Notes under the pieces: model-generated | Told to the model about the DNA's origin: nothing | Database searches by the model: none | What the model saw: the letters and a program-made list of their open reading frames with translations, nothing else | Made by a program: the position numbers and the translations under genes | In this document: positions 46,205 through 54,947 of the stretch, piece after piece | How positions within the stretch are numbered: position 1 is the stretch's first letter | Layout of the letters: each line of letters begins with the position of its first letter | Assembly: GCA_002296185.1 (NCBI GenBank) | Contig: DBHM01000006.1 | Span: 1,091 to 65,090, forward strand | Direction: 5' to 3' | Source of the DNA: Alphaproteobacteria bacterium UBA828 | GTDB lineage: Bacteria > Pseudomonadota > Alphaproteobacteria > UBA828 | DNA: 64,000 nt

Positions 46205-47251
46205 TTACCAATTACCAGAGAATTTTTTAAACTCAGTGGGAATTTCTTTGATTTCTTGAATTAAGTCTGAGGGCAAAGTAGATGGCTTATCTATTGAAGT
46301 GCTCCCGTATATTGAATCAGCAACACCAATAAATCTAGTCTTTATAGCTGCTACAATTTCATCATATCTACCTACAGCAGAAAATAAATAGACAAGGTCA
46401 TCAGATACCTCAGCAGACATTTTATCCCAGAGTCCTTCTTTAGTCATTTTGTTTAATTTCCTTCCCAAGTCCCCATATCCATGGTGTTCCAGAACAGGCC
46501 AGTATGATGGAGTGGAGGCATAGAAAGCAATTCTATATCTCACCCATTCAATTGAAGAAGCAACCTCCTGGTCTGTTGCCCCAGTTGCTAAAAATCCCCC
46601 CCCAGTTACCTCAAAGTTCTCACGGGATAACCCTCTTTCATCAAGTTCTGTTTCTATAATTTTTAAAGCAACCTGCTTAGCATAAGAGTGAGTGCAAAAA
46701 GGGTGTAATCTAACTCCATCAGAGCAAGATCCAGCTAATCTTAATGAGTGCTTGCCAACAGCGGCGATAGTTATAGGAATAGGCGGATGACCATCTGAAG
46801 GTGGAACAAAATTTGGTGGCATTAAAGTAAAGGTATAGTGATCACCTTCAAAAAAGAGTTTTTCGCCTTTTTCCCAAGAAGACCAAATTGCCCGTAAGGC
46901 TTGAATATATTCGCGCAATCTAGGCACAGGAGCAGACCAGGGAACAGAAAATCTTTTTTCATTGTGAGGCTTTATTTGCGGCCCAAGACCAAGCACAAAT
47001 CTTCCCTTACTTGCTAACTGCAAATCCCAGCATGTATTTGCTACAACCATAGGGCTTCTAGGAAAAGCTATCGCAACGGCTGTACCTATTGAAATTGAAG
47101 TACTTGATACAGCAGCTAAACCAAGGGCAAGAAACGGATCATGGCGATTTTCCATTGTAACAACCATATCATAGCCATTTTCCTCAGCTGCCTTTACAGC
47201 CCTACCTACATCGCTAAGCATATTTTGGGGAATAGTTTGGAGGATTCTCAT
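46205..47251 (-). CDS. LLM-class (probable F420-dependent) oxidoreductase
   Basis: 348 aa with LLM features (ENGYDMVVTMENRHDPF...GRFVLGLGPQIKPHNEKRF). Its ATG overlaps the stop of the LarE-like gene (ATGA at 47248-47251). Confidence 0.75.
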   Translation of the reverse strand: MRILQTIPQNMLSDVGRAVKAAEENGYDMVVTMENRHDPFLALGLAAVSSTSISIGTAVAIAFPRSPMVVANTCWDLQLASKGRFVLGLGPQIKPHNEKRFSVPWSAPVPRLREYIQALRAIWSSWEKGEKLFFEGDHYTFTLMPPNFVPPSDGHPPIPITIAAVGKHSLRLAGSCSDGVRLHPFCTHSYAKQVALKIIETELDERGLSRENFEVTGGGFLATGATDQEVASSIEWVRYRIAFYASTPSYWPVLEHHGYGDLGRKLNKMTKEGLWDKMSAEVSDDLVYLFSAVGRYDEIVAAIKTRFIGVADSIYGSTSIDKPSTLPSDLIQEIKEIPTEFKKFSGNW

Positions 47252-48120
47252 ATTTTTTTCTGATCATTAATGGTCGATTGACGATCGGCCTCTAGCAAAA
47301 AAGCACTGCCCATACAATATGGCTCGATATAAATTACAGGCTCACCAAAAAATGGTTTAGCTATTTGGAATGCATGATCTGTTATATATGCCTTTAAATT
47401 AGTATCAATTTTCTTCAGGCTAGGTTCATCAATTTCAATAACGATCCCCTTGCTGCGCACACGGCACCTAACAATTGATAAACAAACCTTCTCAGCTAAC
47501 ATTGTTTCAATAGAATCAATCATCGTTAAATAAGATGACTCAATTCTCAGTCCTGTCTCCATGCGACTTGATAAGCACGGGGAAGCTGGTAACTCAGATA
47601 ATCCATGAAGACCGATCTCTTTTGATAATTTTCTAATCATTGCCTTACTTATGTTGGACTCAACAAATGGATGCCTTACAGAGTTGTTCTTAGCCGCATC
47701 TAACCCTGGACGATAATCAAGTAGATCGTTTGTATTAGCACCAGAGCAGATCTGAAATTCTGGGAATTGCCTAGCTATACTTCCATAAAGGTTTTTCTTA
47801 CAATAGAAACATCTATTCACGGGGTTTTTGAGATAATCTTCGTCAGAAAACTCACCAGCGTTAATACAGATTAAGTCCCATCTATATTTTTCAGCATATT
47901 CCTTAACAAGGGATGTTGATCTTTTAGGAACAGCTGGAGAAATAGCATGAACCATTTTTGCTTTTGATCCGACTACAAAGTGAGCTATGTGCGCCAGAGT
48001 CATACTATCTATACCCCCTGAAACAGCTACAACTAATTGAGACATCTGCCTCAAACAGATTTCTAATGTGTTATATTTTTGTTGGAGATCCGTTGCTTCT
48101 TTCATAGAGAGTCTACTCAT
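47248..48120 (-). CDS. PP-loop ATP pyrophosphatase, LarE-like (TIGR00268-type)
   Basis: 290 aa with the PP-loop VAVSGGIDSMTLA. ASPCLSSRMETG aligns with the remembered LarE Cys176 region (SCSVSSRFPYG). It has an additional CxxC (NRCFYCKKNLY) where Lactobacillus LarE has none. Confidence 0.65.
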   Translation of the reverse strand: MSRLSMKEATDLQQKYNTLEICLRQMSQLVVAVSGGIDSMTLAHIAHFVVGSKAKMVHAISPAVPKRSTSLVKEYAEKYRWDLICINAGEFSDEDYLKNPVNRCFYCKKNLYGSIARQFPEFQICSGANTNDLLDYRPGLDAAKNNSVRHPFVESNISKAMIRKLSKEIGLHGLSELPASPCLSSRMETGLRIESSYLTMIDSIETMLAEKVCLSIVRCRVRSKGIVIEIDEPSLKKIDTNLKAYITDHAFQIAKPFFGEPVIYIEPYCMGSAFLLEADRQSTINDQKKI

Positions 48121-48127
48121 AATGTTT

Positions 48128-48931
48128 TTAGGAATAATCAGATACTAAAAAATTTTCATTTTCATCATAAAGGATATTAATACGTGCAACATATTTTGGA
48201 ATTTCACCAAGCACAGGAGCGCCTGCGTGAAGAACGGTATCATGTGTATGTCCATGTCTAAATACTAAAGCACTACCTTTTTTTGGCGGAACTATTTTTA
48301 CAACTCTTCCTTTATCATAAATAACTGTCTCCCCCCCCTCTACACCATCAGAAATACCATTTAAATATAAAACAAGACTTAGTTTTGACCTTACACAAGG
48401 TATCTCAATCATACTTTCACCATCATCACTCAAATCAAATCCAGGCCAATCTCCATCTATATGTGGATTAAAAACATCACCTTTGTCGTAGCGATACATA
48501 TTTATCCTCGCGCTTAAGCATGATGCTAAAGGCCTCCCATCAATCTCCTGAGGCAATACTGGAGATAAACGATTAAAAAATACTTTCATGATCTTATTCT
48601 CAGCTAACCAATGTACTGATTTATTTTTCCTTAAACCTGGCGCAGTAACTATTCCAGGCGCCTCTGGTCTATATCCTAGAGATTCTGTTATCTCTATTAT
48701 TTTATTTGCCTCATCATGCGTAAGGAGGTCCTCAATTAAAAAAACCAATTTACCATCTACACCTAAATCAATGCGTTTGGCTGATTGTAATGATTTATTA
48801 AGGGGATCAAGGAACTGACCACACTGTACTGCATAGATAGGTGTGCCCGGCATTACACCCCCATCCGGAGTAGATCCATCCAGCCAAGCAACTGGTTTCG
48901 ACTTTATTTGGTCTTTAGTAATAGTAACCAT
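48128..48931 (-). CDS. 2OG-Fe(II) oxygenase, prolyl-4-hydroxylase-like
   Basis: 267 aa with a HxD...H facial-triad pattern (FNPHIDGD ... TVLHAGAPV) and a P4H-like beta-sheet core. It lies 7 nt upstream of the LarE-like gene. Confidence 0.7.
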   Translation of the reverse strand: MVTITKDQIKSKPVAWLDGSTPDGGVMPGTPIYAVQCGQFLDPLNKSLQSAKRIDLGVDGKLVFLIEDLLTHDEANKIIEITESLGYRPEAPGIVTAPGLRKNKSVHWLAENKIMKVFFNRLSPVLPQEIDGRPLASCLSARINMYRYDKGDVFNPHIDGDWPGFDLSDDGESMIEIPCVRSKLSLVLYLNGISDGVEGGETVIYDKGRVVKIVPPKKGSALVFRHGHTHDTVLHAGAPVLGEIPKYVARINILYDENENFLVSDYS

Positions 48932-48984
48932 GGAATCTCTGACTGTAAATTTAGTATAATAGTTAGCATAAACATTGCAAAAGT

Positions 48985-49023
48985 ATAAAAAAATTCCTTA
49001 CCCAAACTCATGGACAAGGAATT
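48985..49023 (-). terminator. rho-independent terminator after the PstS-like gene
   Basis: On the minus-strand RNA, AAUUCCUU pairs with AAGGAAUU. On the plus strand the arms are 48992-48999 and 49016-49023, with a 16-nt loop. A UUUUUUA tract follows the stem. Confidence 0.65.
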
Positions 49024-49042
49024 CCAAAGTTTTTTAGCGAGA

Positions 49043-50101
49043 TTACATTTTAAGTGGTGTTAAAGATAATACTGTATTCTTTATTTCCTGACGATCACCC
49101 TCAGGCAATGAGATCAAACCTTTATCCCCAAGATACCCAAAATCACCCCAAGTATCTTCATCTGTAAATTCAGCTAAATATTCCTTAATTCCTGGCACAA
49201 ACCCAACATGTGCATTCTTAACATAGAAAAATAAAGAGCGAGAAATAGGGTAAGTCGAGTCAGAAATATTGTCGAAACTCGGAACTGCTTCATTTACCTT
49301 GGACCCCTTAACTTTATCTTTATTTTGTTCAAGGAAGCTATAACCAAATACACCAAATGCAGATGGGTTAGCATCAAGTTTTTGAACAATCAGATTATCA
49401 TTTTCTCCTGCCTCAACAAACCGACCATCTTCACGAATTGTGTGGCAAACACTTTTAAATGCTTTTTTATCAGTCTTTTTCATTGCAGCAATTTCTGTGA
49501 AAGTTTTGCACCCCCCTTCCATCGCAAGCTCAACAAAAGCATCACGAGTTCCAGAAGTAGGAGGAGGGCCTAAAACTTCAATATTTAAATCTGGAAGAGA
49601 TAAATCAATATCCTTCCACTTTTTATATGGATTATTTACTAAATTACCACTTGAATCAGGAACACGCTCTGCTAAAGCCAACCAGATGTAGCGTAGGGAC
49701 AGATTTATATCAGGACCTTTTAATGAATTGGCGATTACTATTCCATCAAAACCAATTTTGACTTCTGTTATTTCACTTATTCCATTCTCATTACAACGGT
49801 CTACTTCTGATTTTTTTATCCTACGCGATGAGTTTGTTATATCGGGGTGCTCCACACCGACACCAGCGCAAAATAACTTTAAACCACCACCAGATCCTGT
49901 ACTCTCAATAACTGGAGTCTTGAATCCTGTTTTTTTACCAAATTCCTCTGCTACTGCCGCCGCAAAAGGATAGACAGTTGACGACCCAACAATACGCAAC
50001 TGATCACGGGCATAAGAATCGCTAGAATTTAATGAGTACATACCTAAGGCTAAGACAAAGACAATCGTTAATATAAATATATTTTTAGAGTTCTTTTTCA
50101 T
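49043..50101 (-). CDS. PstS-family (PBP-like 2) periplasmic substrate-binding protein, orphan
   Basis: 352 aa with a signal peptide. The block LRIVGSSTVYPFAAAVAEEFGKKTGFKTPVIESTGSGGGLKLFCAG is typical of phosphate-binding-protein-like domains. No pstCAB genes are adjacent. Confidence 0.75.
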   Translation of the reverse strand: MKKNSKNIFILTIVFVLALGMYSLNSSDSYARDQLRIVGSSTVYPFAAAVAEEFGKKTGFKTPVIESTGSGGGLKLFCAGVGVEHPDITNSSRRIKKSEVDRCNENGISEITEVKIGFDGIVIANSLKGPDINLSLRYIWLALAERVPDSSGNLVNNPYKKWKDIDLSLPDLNIEVLGPPPTSGTRDAFVELAMEGGCKTFTEIAAMKKTDKKAFKSVCHTIREDGRFVEAGENDNLIVQKLDANPSAFGVFGYSFLEQNKDKVKGSKVNEAVPSFDNISDSTYPISRSLFFYVKNAHVGFVPGIKEYLAEFTDEDTWGDFGYLGDKGLISLPEGDRQEIKNTVLSLTPLKM

Positions 50102-50261
50102 AATTTCCTCAAAATATTTGAACTTTTAGTTCATTAATGAACTAAAAAATTAGTACAATGTTTCTACTAGATGGGATCTATAGGATTGTTATTACAATTA
50201 TATTACATAAATATTAAAGTTATATTACATAGTTAATTAAACAGGATGATAAGTTTGAACC

Positions 50262-50735
50262 TCAATTGCTATCAGACTGCATCCTTTCAGTGAAATCCCA
50301 TGAGAAAATTTTTACCGGGTCTATAGATATAGCAACTTCAGCACTTGAGCGGGAGAGCAACCATTTAGCTAGAGATGTCTCACGGCTTGCTAAATATTTA
50401 TCGATTACGGAATGAAGTATTCTTTCACCCTCATTATCATGAACCTTAATAATTCCCCTACCTCGGACACCCTGATACGGCGGTTTATCAGAAGAGACCT
50501 CAAAGGCACAGCGGTCGGTCTCCAACAGGGCCTTGACTATATGTGCCGACTTTGGAGTAGCCAACCATAGCTTCTCACCCTCCAGTATAAACCAAAGTGA
50601 CACAATAACAGGCCAACCGCTTGGGAGGACAACAGAAAGTCTTATTGGGATAGAAATAGAATCCAAATAATTGATAATTTCGGAGCGACTCCATGGTCCA
50701 GTTGTTTGGAAATTCGATCTATCAGATGGTGACAT
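50262..50735 (-). CDS. PPOX-fold (pyridoxamine-5'-phosphate-oxidase-like) protein
   Basis: 157 aa with a split-barrel pattern (LSVVLPSGWPVIVSLWFILEGEKLWLATPKSAHIVKALLETDRCAFEV). The cofactor (FMN or F420) cannot be determined from sequence. Confidence 0.55.
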   Translation of the reverse strand: MSPSDRSNFQTTGPWSRSEIINYLDSISIPIRLSVVLPSGWPVIVSLWFILEGEKLWLATPKSAHIVKALLETDRCAFEVSSDKPPYQGVRGRGIIKVHDNEGERILHSVIDKYLASRETSLAKWLLSRSSAEVAISIDPVKIFSWDFTERMQSDSN

Positions 50736-50805
50736 TTTAAATCCTATGTTTTAATGACAGACTTTGTATGTAATAATTTTTTATCGTAAATCAAATTTCT
50801 ATAAT

Positions 50806-51783
50806 TTATTCAACTCCATTTACAGCATAGTCTTCACATTTTACCTTATTTTTAATGCCATCCCCCTCCATCAGTTTAATCTCCACAATAGCTCGTCGAT
50901 CTCGCTCTTCTCTCTGGCCATCCCTTATACTAAATTTAGCACTTAATTCTCCATGAGCGCTGATCCATATATTTTTGGGGCTTGCTCCAAGACCTATTAG
51001 ATATTGCCAAACATTATAGGCCCTCTGAAATGAGAGATTCAAATTTAGGTCATCTGAGCCTGATCTGTCAGTATGGCCACTAACCATTATCGTATAAGCC
51101 TTACCTGAATCTATGTAATTAATAGAATTATCCAAGGTACTTTGGACCTCATCACTAAGCCCCGCAAGACCGTGGGGGAAATGAAGTGTAAACAAACTTT
51201 TTTTATCAGAGATTTTTCCTTCTTTAATGCATATTTCTTTTCTTTTTAGAGATTCTGATACTACAGAAGTAATACTAGTGGAGATTTCTTTATTAGTTTC
51301 TTTAAGTTCCTCAAAACTCTGTATAGCTAAATCAAATTTTTTCTTACATTCAGCTATATGATCAAGTTGCCAGCCCTCCTCCAATTGCTCAAGCCAGCAG
51401 TCAAATGAAACCTGAGCTGAGGCAGCTTTGTAAGGATACAAACTGTAAGAGGAATTGGATAATATTTCATTAAGCCTAACATGAGCATCTTTCACAACCT
51501 CACGATCTGTAGGTAGTAAATTCCAATTATCAGGATCTTCAGGAGGAGTAGTCTGATTTTTATATGCCGACAATGCTTTCCTCGCGAACTTCCTTGCGTC
51601 AAACCAATCGTACATTTGGTCTGCTTCATATAATGCAAAATCTCTATATGCAGAGGAGAGCTCAGATTTAAAATTACCAGATTTTGGAGTAATTTTCCTA
51701 ACCTCTGCAATTTCAGACATACAAGCAACAAGTGTTGAGGAAATAAAGACAATAATTAAGACTTTGAATCCCAGCATTTTCAT
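50806..51783 (-). CDS. OmpA-family lipoprotein
   Basis: 325 aa with a lipobox (STLVAC) after a hydrophobic signal. It has a C-terminal OmpA-like peptidoglycan-binding domain (VSGHTDRSGSDDLNLNLSFQRAYNVWQYLIGLG). Confidence 0.8.
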   Translation of the reverse strand: MKMLGFKVLIIVFISSTLVACMSEIAEVRKITPKSGNFKSELSSAYRDFALYEADQMYDWFDARKFARKALSAYKNQTTPPEDPDNWNLLPTDREVVKDAHVRLNEILSNSSYSLYPYKAASAQVSFDCWLEQLEEGWQLDHIAECKKKFDLAIQSFEELKETNKEISTSITSVVSESLKRKEICIKEGKISDKKSLFTLHFPHGLAGLSDEVQSTLDNSINYIDSGKAYTIMVSGHTDRSGSDDLNLNLSFQRAYNVWQYLIGLGASPKNIWISAHGELSAKFSIRDGQREERDRRAIVEIKLMEGDGIKNKVKCEDYAVNGVE

Positions 51784-52169
51784 TTTCCATGTTCCTTTCT
51801 ATCAGAATGTTTATGTAAATGAATTTTTGTCTGGCTTCGTACTAATATTGACAAAGTATTTGATCGTTGACGAAGTCCCCTTAGACACATTAGTGAGTTG
51901 TCTATTTCATCATGTGAGCGCAGCTGATTTTCTGCCGAACTATTTAAAAAGTATCGACTCCTTAAATTCAGTATTGATTGAAATAGATTTGTCTTTTGGA
52001 AACCAACTCTCAAAAATTCACTTAATTTAAAAAACATTTGCAGCCTCTCAATGTATTTGAGATAGCTTTTAATATTTTAGTTTGTCGAGAATTGGTCGAT
52101 ACAATGGCAAAAAAATGGCAAGGGGTAATTTTTTATAGTTCTGTCAATTATATCAAATAACTTTTAAAA

Positions 52170-53060
52170 TTATAAAATTTTTGGCTTGTAAAGCTGCCTT
52201 CCAGCGCAATTAATTTGCAATTCCTCTAACTGACATGTGCCTAAATCTGTAACTACAGCTCCACCATCCAAGTGCTCATAGAAAGCAATATTTGTCGGTC
52301 TTTTTCCGTTTGTAATTATTCTTCTATAAACATTACCCGAAGAATCTAATACTGTGACATTTCCCTGACCAAATACCGTACAATATAGGTTTCCATCATC
52401 ACCAAATGCCATACCATCAGGTCCAACAAAATCTTCGGGCTCACCTTCTATAACATTTCCGAAGGTCTCTTTCTGGGAGTCTTTATAAGAAAAAATATCG
52501 TAGACATATATATTTCCGGTTATAGTCTCATTTACATAAAGTCTATTCTGGTCATCAAATGCGATACCATTTGTAAATTTTAAATTTCTATCAATAACTC
52601 TTATAATATTTCCTTTTTTTGGATCAATCTCAAAAACACGGCCATTAAATGGACACGTCTTATAGTCTCCTCTGATACTCTGTCCATCTATGAAATCATC
52701 AGGCAGAATCCCGCTATCAGTCATATACAACAGACCATTAGGGCCAAACACGAGATCATTAGGCCATAAAAATGGGTCGCCTTTTGGGCCCTGAAAAGCC
52801 TTAATAATATCTCCATTTGGATGCATACATACTAAGGTTTCCCCCTCTCCCCCAGCAATCCATAAATTATTGTCACCATCTATTGTAAGCCCGTTTGGCC
52901 TACCTCCAGGAGATCCCACCTCATGCCGAATCCCCTGCTTATCTACACGAGAGACACATGACCTTTTCTTTGCCATTTCAACTAAATATATTTCACCAGT
53001 TGGTAGACACACGGGACCCTCAGGCTCTAATACTCCGTCGCAAATTACAGGACCTGCCAT
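52170..53060 (-). CDS. SMP-30/gluconolactonase/LRE-family beta-propeller protein
   Basis: 296 aa with repeated propeller blades carrying PNGL/NGIAFD/GPDGMAFGDDGNLY motifs. Confidence 0.75.
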   Translation of the reverse strand: MAGPVICDGVLEPEGPVCLPTGEIYLVEMAKKRSCVSRVDKQGIRHEVGSPGGRPNGLTIDGDNNLWIAGGEGETLVCMHPNGDIIKAFQGPKGDPFLWPNDLVFGPNGLLYMTDSGILPDDFIDGQSIRGDYKTCPFNGRVFEIDPKKGNIIRVIDRNLKFTNGIAFDDQNRLYVNETITGNIYVYDIFSYKDSQKETFGNVIEGEPEDFVGPDGMAFGDDGNLYCTVFGQGNVTVLDSSGNVYRRIITNGKRPTNIAFYEHLDGGAVVTDLGTCQLEELQINCAGRQLYKPKIL

Positions 53061-53140
53061 TTTTTAACCTCCATTAAATCTCTCTTCTAAAGAATAAGTA
53101 ACAAATCTATATAATAAAAACCTATTCTTTAGATAAATAA

Positions 53141-53851
53141 TTAAGTAATTCCAATAAATTCATCTATTACTTCTGGATCATCAAGTTGACCTGGCAGCAA
53201 CTGCCCAGTTAAAATACCTCGACGAATTATATATACCCTCTGCGCCACATCGGCCACAAATTCTAAATTTTGTTCGACAAGTACTATAGTCAATTTTTTT
53301 GATAGTCTCAGATTATTCAAAACTTCAGAAATCTCATCTACGATGGAAGGCTGAATGCCTTCTGTTGGCTCATCAAGTAGTAATAAGCTTGGACTTCCGC
53401 ACAAACACCTAGCCAAAGCTAATATTTGCTGCTCTCCACCACTCAATACACCCCCGCTTCTTTCTAAGAGCGGTTTTAAACGCGGTAAATACAAGAGTAT
53501 CTCATCTAAAATTTCATTTTCCCGTTTACGTGAACTTTCATGCATTAGAATACCAGTTCTTAGATTTTCCCTGACTGTCAAATTTGGAAAAATATCTCTA
53601 GATTGAGATACATAACCCACACCAGATAAATTTCTTTTATGTGAAGGAAGAGTTGTGATATCGAGACCTGCAAAATTTATAATGCCCTGCTCTGCCTTTA
53701 ATAAGCCAGCTAAAGACTTTAAGAGAGTTGTTTTGCCCATCCCGTTATTACCAAGAATCCCAACCGCCTCACCTTTAGAGACATTGAAGTTTACTCCCAT
53801 TAAAATTGGGATCCGGCCATAAGAAACTCTCAAATCTTTCACTACTAACAT
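53141..53851 (-). CDS. ABC transporter ATP-binding protein, UrtE/LivF-like (orphan pair)
   Basis: 236 aa with Walker A GNNGMGKTT, signature LSGGEQQ and Walker B LLLDEP. Confidence 0.85.
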   Translation of the reverse strand: MLVVKDLRVSYGRIPILMGVNFNVSKGEAVGILGNNGMGKTTLLKSLAGLLKAEQGIINFAGLDITTLPSHKRNLSGVGYVSQSRDIFPNLTVRENLRTGILMHESSRKRENEILDEILLYLPRLKPLLERSGGVLSGGEQQILALARCLCGSPSLLLLDEPTEGIQPSIVDEISEVLNNLRLSKKLTIVLVEQNLEFVADVAQRVYIIRRGILTGQLLPGQLDDPEVIDEFIGIT

Positions 53852-53856
53852 TCTAT

Positions 53857-54582
53857 CTAGGCACCCTTCTTGCCTAAATAAACATCCCTTACCAGAGAGT
53901 TATTCATTATAACATCAACCTTACCCTCAGCTAAAATAGTACCTTGATGAAAAACAGTTACTATATCAGCTATTGATCTCACAAAATGCATGTCATGTTC
54001 GACAATGATAAGTGAAGCAGATTTTTTAATTTCCTGGACAAGATAGGCAGTTTTTTCAGTTTCCTGTTTAGTCATTCCAGCGGTAGGCTCATCTAAAAGT
54101 ATTAGTTCTGGATTGCCACTCAAAACCATACCAATTTCAACCCATTGCCTATCACCATGTGATAACTGGCCAACTAAAGAGGACCTGAGATGAGTCACTC
54201 CAACTTTTTCCATAATACTATCGGTTAACTCATCAGCTGATCGCCCACCACAGAATCTACTGGCAGCTAACCAAATATTCTCCCTAACAGAAATTGCGTC
54301 GAAAACACTAGGTATCTGAGTTTTTATGCCAATTCCTAGATCTGATATTTGGTGGGTATGCAGCTTAGTAATATCACGCTCTTTAAAAAAAATCTGGCCT
54401 GAGCTAGATTTCTCCTGATGTGTTAAACACCTAAAAAAAGTACTCTTCCCTGCTCCATTTGGGCCAATCAGACAACGTAATTCTTTAGAAAAAATTTTGA
54501 AATTAACATTCTCAACAGCTGAAACCCCCCCAAATCTCTTGGTTAGGCCTTTGGTTTCAAGAAGGATATTCTCGCGACTCAT
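53857..54582 (-). CDS. ABC transporter ATP-binding protein, UrtD-like (orphan pair)
   Basis: 241 aa with Walker A GPNGAGKST and a UrtD-type signature (LSHGDRQWVEIGMVL). No permease or binding-protein gene is adjacent. Confidence 0.85.
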   Translation of the reverse strand: MSRENILLETKGLTKRFGGVSAVENVNFKIFSKELRCLIGPNGAGKSTFFRCLTHQEKSSSGQIFFKERDITKLHTHQISDLGIGIKTQIPSVFDAISVRENIWLAASRFCGGRSADELTDSIMEKVGVTHLRSSLVGQLSHGDRQWVEIGMVLSGNPELILLDEPTAGMTKQETEKTAYLVQEIKKSASLIIVEHDMHFVRSIADIVTVFHQGTILAEGKVDVIMNNSLVRDVYLGKKGA

Positions 54583-54947
54583 GAATATAATCTTTCAATA
54601 TCCGCTAGTTTATTAAGTAGTTAAGGCAATAAGATTGGCAAATAATATGCTATCAGAGTAATTATGTAAAAGATTTGTAAGTTAATAGGAGTGCTGAAAT
54701 ATTCTCAGATAATACAAATTACCAAGGTTGGTTAAAGTTTCTAAGAAAGATCCCATTACATAAGCAGTAAATTTGTATTTATAACTAATCATATAACTGC
54801 CAAAATAAACATAAATAATATTCATTATAAAATCTACATTTCGTATATTCTAAACATACGCTTAAGAAGTTAAAATAAAGTTGTTATATTTTGGTTATTT
54901 GATCAACATAACTAAATATATCCACCCGAGGTAAAGCGGAGATAAGA

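Noticed and set aside
51764-52037. Two mutually antisense ORFs of 88 and 85 aa.
   Set aside because: They have no Shine-Dalgarno and no recognisable motif, and they occupy the same DNA on opposite strands. I treated the region as non-coding.
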